A stretch of 64,000 bases of DNA from assembly GCA_025457915.1 (NCBI GenBank), contig JALOTL010000002.1, positions 13,692 through 77,691 of the forward strand, read 5' to 3'. Numbering within the stretch: the first letter of the stretch is position 1; each line of letters begins with the position of its first letter. The notes below the pieces were generated by a model that saw only the letters and a list, made by a program, of their open reading frames with translations, was not told the DNA's origin and searched no databases. This document shows, one piece after another, positions 58,619 through 64,000 of this stretch. Made by a program: the position numbers and the translations under genes. The DNA is from Spirochaetota bacterium. Its GTDB lineage: Bacteria; Spirochaetota; UBA4802; UBA5550.

Positions 58619-59161
58619 ATGGCGAAGGAATGGTACGTAGTACATACGTTTTCCGGGCATGAGAACAAGGTAAAGCTGGCCCTGGAGAAGAAGGTCGAAA
58701 ACTTCGAGCTTCAAGGCAAGATATTCCAGGTGAAGATCCCGATGGTCGACGTTGCGGAGGTAAAGGACGGTAAAAAGAAGATCAAGTCCAAGAAATACTT
58801 CCCGGGATACATCCTGGTCGAAATGGAACTCGACGATGAATCATGGGGCATAGTCAAAAGCGTTCCCGGTGTCACGAATTTCGTCGGCGCGTACGGAACA
58901 AACAAGCCCAAGCCTTTATCCAGGAACGAGGTGGATGCTCTGTTCAACCAGATGGGGGAACAGAAGGCGAAGGAGAAGATATCCGCTGTTCTCGATTTCT
59001 CGGTGGGCGAACATATAAAAGTCGTGGACGGGCCCTTCAATAATTTTACCGGTATAGTAGAAGAGGTGTATCCGGAAAAAGGCAGGCTCAGGGTAAAGGT
59101 GGAAATTTTCGGCCGCGGCACTCCGGTCGAGCTGGACTTTCTGCAGGTCGGGAAAATATAA
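58619..59161 (+). CDS. nusG: Transcription factor NusG
   Basis: WYVVHTFSGHE, FPGY, DGPF..F.G, IFGRGTPVEL. Confidence 0.97.
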   Translation: MAKEWYVVHTFSGHENKVKLALEKKVENFELQGKIFQVKIPMVDVAEVKDGKKKIKSKKYFPGYILVEMELDDESWGIVKSVPGVTNFVGAYGTNKPKPLSRNEVDALFNQMGEQKAKEKISAVLDFSVGEHIKVVDGPFNNFTGIVEEVYPEKGRLRVKVEIFGRGTPVELDFLQVGKI

Positions 59162-59196
59162 TTTTGCAAATCAATATGTTTTATTGAGGAAATAAA

Positions 59197-59640
59197 ATGG
59201 CGGCACCATCGAAAAAGAAAAAGAAAATTGTAGTTGAAATCAAACTGCAGATACCTGGCGGGCAGGCCAATCCCGCTCCTCCCGTAGGACCGGCCCTTGG
59301 TCAGCACGGCCTCAACATCATGGAATTCTGCAAATCCTTCAACGAAAGAAGCAAAGAGCAGCAGGGGACCATTCTCCCGGTGGTCATCACCGTTTATGAA
59401 GACAGGAGCTATACGTTTATAATAAAGACTCCGCCGGCATCCGTTCTCATTAAAAAGGCCCTCGGTCTTGAAAAGGGATCAAGCGAACCCAACAAGACCA
59501 AGGCAGGTAAAATTACGAGACAGCAGCTGATCGAGATAGCCAAGATAAAGATGCCGGATCTAAACGCCAATACGGTTGACGCGGCGGCAAACATTATTGC
59601 GGGAACCGCCAGGTCAATGGGCATTGATGTAATTGATTAA
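59197..59640 (+). CDS. rplK: 50S ribosomal protein L11
   Basis: [22 protein letters not shown]. Confidence 0.97.
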   Translation: MAAPSKKKKKIVVEIKLQIPGGQANPAPPVGPALGQHGLNIMEFCKSFNERSKEQQGTILPVVITVYEDRSYTFIIKTPPASVLIKKALGLEKGSSEPNKTKAGKITRQQLIEIAKIKMPDLNANTVDAAANIIAGTARSMGIDVID

Positions 59641-59662
59641 TACAGCCGGATGGGTATAAGAG

Positions 59663-60346
59663 ATGAATAGAGGAAAGCAAATAAAAGAAGCAAGATCGCA
59701 GGTTGACAAGACCAGGCTCTACAACGCCGATGAGGCCGTAGCCCTCATGAAGAAAGTCAAATTCGTTAAATTCGATGAGACGGTCGATTTGAAGATCAAG
59801 ATAGCTTACAAGAGTTATCAGAACATCAGGGGATCCGTAACACTTCCTGCCGGCACCGGAAAGGATAAGAAGGTGCTCGTGATATGCAAAGGCGACAAGC
59901 AGAAGGAAGCGAGGGATGCAGGTGCCGACCATGTCGGCGCAGAGGACATGATTGAAAAAATCAAAGGCGGCTGGATTGATTTCGAAGCGGTCGTAGCCAC
60001 GCCTGAAATGATGAAGGAAGTCGGTAAGCTTGGACAGATTCTCGGCAAAAAAGGTCTTATGCCCAAACCTAAATCGGGAACCGTCACCGATGATGTCAAG
60101 GGAATCGTTAAGGAGCTGAAGGGCGGAAGGGTTGAATACAAGGCCGACAAGACCGGTGTAATCCATATGGGAATCGGAAAAGTTTCGTTTGAGGACGGGG
60201 CCATAATGGACAATTTAAAAACATTCTTTAATCAGATTATTAAAGACAAGCCGTCTGATGCCAAGGGCAATTATATAAAATCCGTTCACATATGCTCCAC
60301 CATGGGCCCTGGAATAAAAATAAACCACAAGGGGATTGAGCGATGA
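59663..60346 (+). CDS. rplA: 50S ribosomal protein L1
   Basis: KFDETV, LP.GTGK, GLMP.PK.GTVT, STMGPG. Confidence 0.97.
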   Translation: MNRGKQIKEARSQVDKTRLYNADEAVALMKKVKFVKFDETVDLKIKIAYKSYQNIRGSVTLPAGTGKDKKVLVICKGDKQKEARDAGADHVGAEDMIEKIKGGWIDFEAVVATPEMMKEVGKLGQILGKKGLMPKPKSGTVTDDVKGIVKELKGGRVEYKADKTGVIHMGIGKVSFEDGAIMDNLKTFFNQIIKDKPSDAKGNYIKSVHICSTMGPGIKINHKGIER

Positions 60347-60861
60347 CCGTAAAGCAATATAAAGTAGACGAGGTCGACAGGCTGGTTGCCAAGCTGAAGG
60401 AGCGTGGAAATATAATACTTACAAACTATTCCGGCATAAAGGTTAAAGACCTGAGCCTGCTGAGAAGAACCCTCAGGGAGAAAAATGCGGAATATAAAGT
60501 AGTCAAGAACACCCTTTTTAAAAGGGCGCTAAAACAGCTGGGCTATGCGGACATGGACGAACATTTGAAGGGACCGGTTGCCGTAGCTTTTGTGGGAGAT
60601 GAAATAGCAGATGTTGCGAAAGCGCTCAAGGAATTCGGAAAAGAAAGACAGAGCTTCAGCTTTACTGCCGGAGTGCTGGATTCGGTTCTGTATGGAGAGG
60701 ACCAGATCAAAAGACTTGCAGATCTTCCCTCTAAAGAGGTTCTACTTTCGCAGATCATGTCGCTGATAAACGGTCCTGCGAGCGGAATTGCAATAGGAAT
60801 GAATCAGATTATGGCTTCAGTTGCGAGGGGCATCAAGGCCGTCGCCGAAGCAAAGAATTAG
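60343..60861 (+). CDS. rplJ: 50S ribosomal protein L10
   Basis: VVKNTL, LA.LPS.E; position in the operon. Confidence 0.95.
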   Translation: MTVKQYKVDEVDRLVAKLKERGNIILTNYSGIKVKDLSLLRRTLREKNAEYKVVKNTLFKRALKQLGYADMDEHLKGPVAVAFVGDEIADVAKALKEFGKERQSFSFTAGVLDSVLYGEDQIKRLADLPSKEVLLSQIMSLINGPASGIAIGMNQIMASVARGIKAVAEAKN

Positions 60862-61092
60862 CGTTTAAAGCCCGCACCTCTTGATGCTTTAAGCCGGGGT
60901 GTAGGGATTAAATAGATAAGGGTAAAAAAAGGTATCTGTTTCCATAAGGATAAATTTAAGCGATCGTGCGATATCTCCGCTGGAGATTAAAATTTATTGA
61001 TGTGGATCACATGACTTAATGCCCTTTATAAGTTTTTACGCCAGTGAGCGTGTTAACTTGAAGAAATTCACTAAGTATAAAGGAGTTTAAAA

Positions 61093-61473
61093 ATGGGTAA
61101 AATTTCAGTTGCAGAATTACTGGATGCTATCGGGAGCCTTACTCTCGTTGAAGCCGGCGAGCTTGTCAAGGCCATGGAAGAAAAATTCGGAATATCAGCG
61201 GCTGCGCCTATCGCTGTAGCAGCAGTCGGCGGCGCCGGAGCGGCGGCCGAGGTTGAGGAGCAAACCGAATTCGACGTCATATTGACCGGTTTCGGCGATA
61301 GCAAGGTTAACGTTATCAAAGAAGTCAGGGCAATCACTGGTCTGGGACTCAAAGAGGCCAAGGAGCTTGTCGAGGCCGGCGGAAAGGCGGTAAAAGAAAA
61401 AATCGCCAAGGAAGAGGCTGAAAAGATTAAAAAACAGCTACAGGACGCTGGTGCAACAGTCGAGATTAAATAA
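61093..61473 (+). CDS. rplL: 50S ribosomal protein L7/L12
   Basis: [27 protein letters not shown]. Confidence 0.97.
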   Translation: MGKISVAELLDAIGSLTLVEAGELVKAMEEKFGISAAAPIAVAAVGGAGAAAEVEEQTEFDVILTGFGDSKVNVIKEVRAITGLGLKEAKELVEAGGKAVKEKIAKEEAEKIKKQLQDAGATVEIK

Positions 61474-61504
61474 AATTTTTTTATTTTTTTTCAACTTTTT
61501 GTTT

Positions 61505-61566
61505 GTCAGAAAATAGGTTTGATTGTTTATCGGTCAAACCTATTGGCGTTTATTAATATCTCTGAC
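61505..61566 (+). promoter_or_regulatory. Long hairpin between rplL and rpoB (attenuator/processing site-like)
   Basis: AATAGGTTTGA/TCAAACCTATT inner stem, GTCAGA/TCTGAC outer stem. Confidence 0.5.
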
Positions 61567-61713
61567 GTTTTTTAAAAAACTCGATGATGATCATTTTATC
61601 AAATATCTCCGAAGCGGAAGAATTGTCGGTGAATTTTTTTTTAAATTCCGCCCGTGCCGCTCAATTTTTAAGCTTATGCTTTCAACAAAATAAAATAAAA
61701 GGTATAAGGCTCC

Positions 61714-64000
61714 ATGCAAACAGGTAAAAAGATAATCAATTTCGGAAAGATAAAGGCAAGCCTGGAACTTCCAAATCTTATTGAGATACAGCTCAAATCG
61801 TATGAGTGGTTCCTGCAGCCGGATACTGCCAGAAAAAAATCACAGGGCCTGCAGGCCGTGTTTGAAGAAATATTTCCGATTGAGAGCCCGCACGAGGATG
61901 TTGTCCTTGAATATATCGATTATGAGGTGGGTGAGCCTAAGTATTCCGAAAATGAGGCGAAGGAAAGGGACGTAACCTATGCCGCGCCTCTGAAAGCGAC
62001 CATAAGGCTGATCAGGAAGGACAGCATGGAGGTCAGGGAGCAGACCGTTTACATGGGTGATATACCTTTGATGACCCAAAGGGGAACATTCATCATTAAC
62101 GGCGCCGAGAGGGTCGTCGTAAACCAGCTGCACAGATCCCCGGGGATATTCTTTTTCTTCGAAGAGGCCGAGAGGATATACAATGCCAGAGTCATACCCG
62201 ACAAAGGATCATGGCTTGAATTCGAGATGGATACCAAGGGCTATTTAATAGCCAGAATCGACAGGAAGAAAAAATTTCCAGTCACCCTTCTTATAAAAGC
62301 GATGGGCTATGAAAACAACGAGGAAATAGTAAAGCTCTTCTATGAAACAAATACAATCAAGCTTAAGAGCGAGGATGATTACAGGCTTCTCAACGGCAGA
62401 AGGGTTGCCAGGGACGTCGCCAGCACCGAGACCGGTGAGGTCCTCATCGAGGTGGGGGAAAGAATCAACATCGACCTGATAGACAGGATCAGGGAGGAGA
62501 AGATCAAGGAGATTGAGGCCATCGAGTTCCCGAACAACAAGGAAGACGCGTATTTCGCAACCACCCTCGAGGTCGAAAAGGAATTCATCAAGAAGACGCT
62601 GAAGCTTGACCCCGAGCATCAGCATAAAGAATCCGAGGTCGCACTGCTGACCATACATGCCATAATGAGGCCGGGCGAGCCCACCAACCTGGAGAACGCG
62701 GCTACCGAGCTTGACAGGTTGTTCTTCAATCCAAAGACCTACAGCCTGGGCCTGGTGGGCAGGTACAAGATCAGTTCCAAGTTCGGCTTCAACGATTTCA
62801 AAAGCGAGACCCTCAAAAACGAAGATATAATAGCCACGATAAAATATCTTCTTTTCCTTATCGCCGAAGCGGACGGATACGAAATAGAACAGACTGATGG
62901 AAACGGCAAAACCAAAAAGAGGTTCGTGCCTACCATAGTGGACGATATAGACCACCTCGGCAACAGGAGGATAAGGTCCGTCGGCGAACTCATAATGAAC
63001 CAGATAAAGGTCGGTTTCCAGAGAATGGAGCGCGTTATCAAGGAAAGGATGACCATCCAGGACCTTGACATAATAACACCGCAGGCGCTTATCAGCATCA
63101 AGCCTATCGCCGCGGTCATAAACGAATTTTTCGGGTCAAGCCAGTTGTCGCAGTTCATGGACCAGACGAATCCCCTCGCGGAGCTGACCCACAAGAGAAG
63201 GCTGAACGCGCTCGGACCTGGCGGACTTTCCAGGGAAAGGGCCGGTTTCGAAGTCAGGGACGTACACCCTTCGCATTACGGAAGGATGTGTCCTATCGAG
63301 ACGCCTGAGGGACCGAACATAGGTCTGATCGTTTCTCTCAGTACCTTTGCGAGAATAAATGAATACGGATTTCTCGAAACTCCATACAGGGTCGTTGAAG
63401 ACGGCAAGGTAACGGACGAGATTGAATACCTCACCGCCGACAAGGAAGACAGTTATTTTATCGCCCAGGCGAACGCGGTGATAGACGTAAAGGGCAATTT
63501 TCAGAGCAACATGGTCCCCACGAGAAACAGGGGCAACTTTCCATACAAGAGGCCGAAGGAGATCCAGTATATGGACGTATCCCCGAGCCAGATATTTTCA
63601 GTCTCGACGTGCCTGATCCCGTTCCTTGAGCACGACGACGCCAACAGGGCCCTCATGGGGTCCAACATGCAGCGTCAGGCGGTACCCCTTCTTGTTGAGG
63701 AGGCCCCGTTTATCGGTACTGGAATGGAACCCTTTGCGGCCTATGATTCAGGGGTCCTTTTAATATCAAGAAAATCCGGCGAGGTTGTATTCGCCGATGC
63801 GAAGACCATAAAGATCAAGACCTCTTCGGGCGAGGTTGAAGAAAATGAGCTGATGAAATTCAAGAGGACCAACCAGGGGACCTGCTTCAATCAGAAACCC
63901 GTTGTGAAGGCCGGGCAGAAGATCAAATCCGGAGATGTTCTCGCGGACGGTCCGGCAACGGACAGCGGCAGGCTCGCGCTGGGCAAGAACATTCTGGTGG
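61714..64000 (+). CDS. rpoB: RNA polymerase beta subunit (partial)
   Basis: MQTGKKIINFGKI..LPNLIEIQ, GTFIINGAERVVV, DDIDHLGNRR, SQFMDQTNPL, ALMGSNMQRQ; runs off the window. Confidence 0.97.
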   Translation, partial: MQTGKKIINFGKIKASLELPNLIEIQLKSYEWFLQPDTARKKSQGLQAVFEEIFPIESPHEDVVLEYIDYEVGEPKYSENEAKERDVTYAAPLKATIRLIRKDSMEVREQTVYMGDIPLMTQRGTFIINGAERVVVNQLHRSPGIFFFFEEAERIYNARVIPDKGSWLEFEMDTKGYLIARIDRKKKFPVTLLIKAMGYENNEEIVKLFYETNTIKLKSEDDYRLLNGRRVARDVASTETGEVLIEVGERINIDLIDRIREEKIKEIEAIEFPNNKEDAYFATTLEVEKEFIKKTLKLDPEHQHKESEVALLTIHAIMRPGEPTNLENAATELDRLFFNPKTYSLGLVGRYKISSKFGFNDFKSETLKNEDIIATIKYLLFLIAEADGYEIEQTDGNGKTKKRFVPTIVDDIDHLGNRRIRSVGELIMNQIKVGFQRMERVIKERMTIQDLDIITPQALISIKPIAAVINEFFGSSQLSQFMDQTNPLAELTHKRRLNALGPGGLSRERAGFEVRDVHPSHYGRMCPIETPEGPNIGLIVSLSTFARINEYGFLETPYRVVEDGKVTDEIEYLTADKEDSYFIAQANAVIDVKGNFQSNMVPTRNRGNFPYKRPKEIQYMDVSPSQIFSVSTCLIPFLEHDDANRALMGSNMQRQAVPLLVEEAPFIGTGMEPFAAYDSGVLLISRKSGEVVFADAKTIKIKTSSGEVEENELMKFKRTNQGTCFNQKPVVKAGQKIKSGDVLADGPATDSGRLALGKNILV

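Noticed and set aside
22881-63194. Many 60-290 aa antisense or alternative-frame ORFs over housekeeping genes (e.g. 23077..23865, 37208..38083, 48525..49400, 62245..62955)
   Set aside because: They lie entirely within well-supported genes and have no motifs; expected by-products of GC3-biased coding.
1-64000. CRISPR array, rRNA or known anti-phage defence genes
   Set aside because: No regularly spaced repeats, rRNA signatures or recognisable defence-domain motifs found by eye.

Overview
This is a bacterial chromosomal window, most likely from a Spirochaetota lineage related to Leptospira. That placement is an inference from gene content: many MKK...C lipoproteins, a tandem pair of cNMP-binding proteins, a DegT homolog lacking the catalytic Lys, and Leptospira-like SGNH and OMP genes. 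Most of the window is housekeeping: PBP1A, carD-PIN/TRAM, pcrA/uvrD, rimP-nusA-infB-rbfA-truB-rpsO-pnp, glyS, prfA-prmC, nth, rdgB, queD, rlpA, two tRNAs and rpmG-secE-nusG-rplKAJL-rpoB (partial). The standout is a variable locus at the 3' end of pcrA (about 14.9-19.5 kb). The last 191 nt of pcrA occur twice as direct repeats that differ only at 4 synonymous sites. Between them lies a roughly 3.2 kb segment with no integrase. It holds an orphan C-terminal fragment of a beta-barrel gene and an OMP-SGNH hydrolase-lipoprotein operon with its own perfect sigma70 promoter. The orphan fragment starts at a 16/17-nt inverted match to the in-frame site of the OMP gene, a shufflon-like geometry. Other points of interest: two probable pseudoenzymes (ACT-malic enzyme, DegT), a minimal flagellin-like protein, an unlisted FlgM-like small ORF behind a sigma28 motif, a Cdd1-family pseudogene, MITE/REP-like scars, and a rearranged rplA-rplJ-rplL leader. 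All product calls come from reading motifs by eye; no database searches were run.
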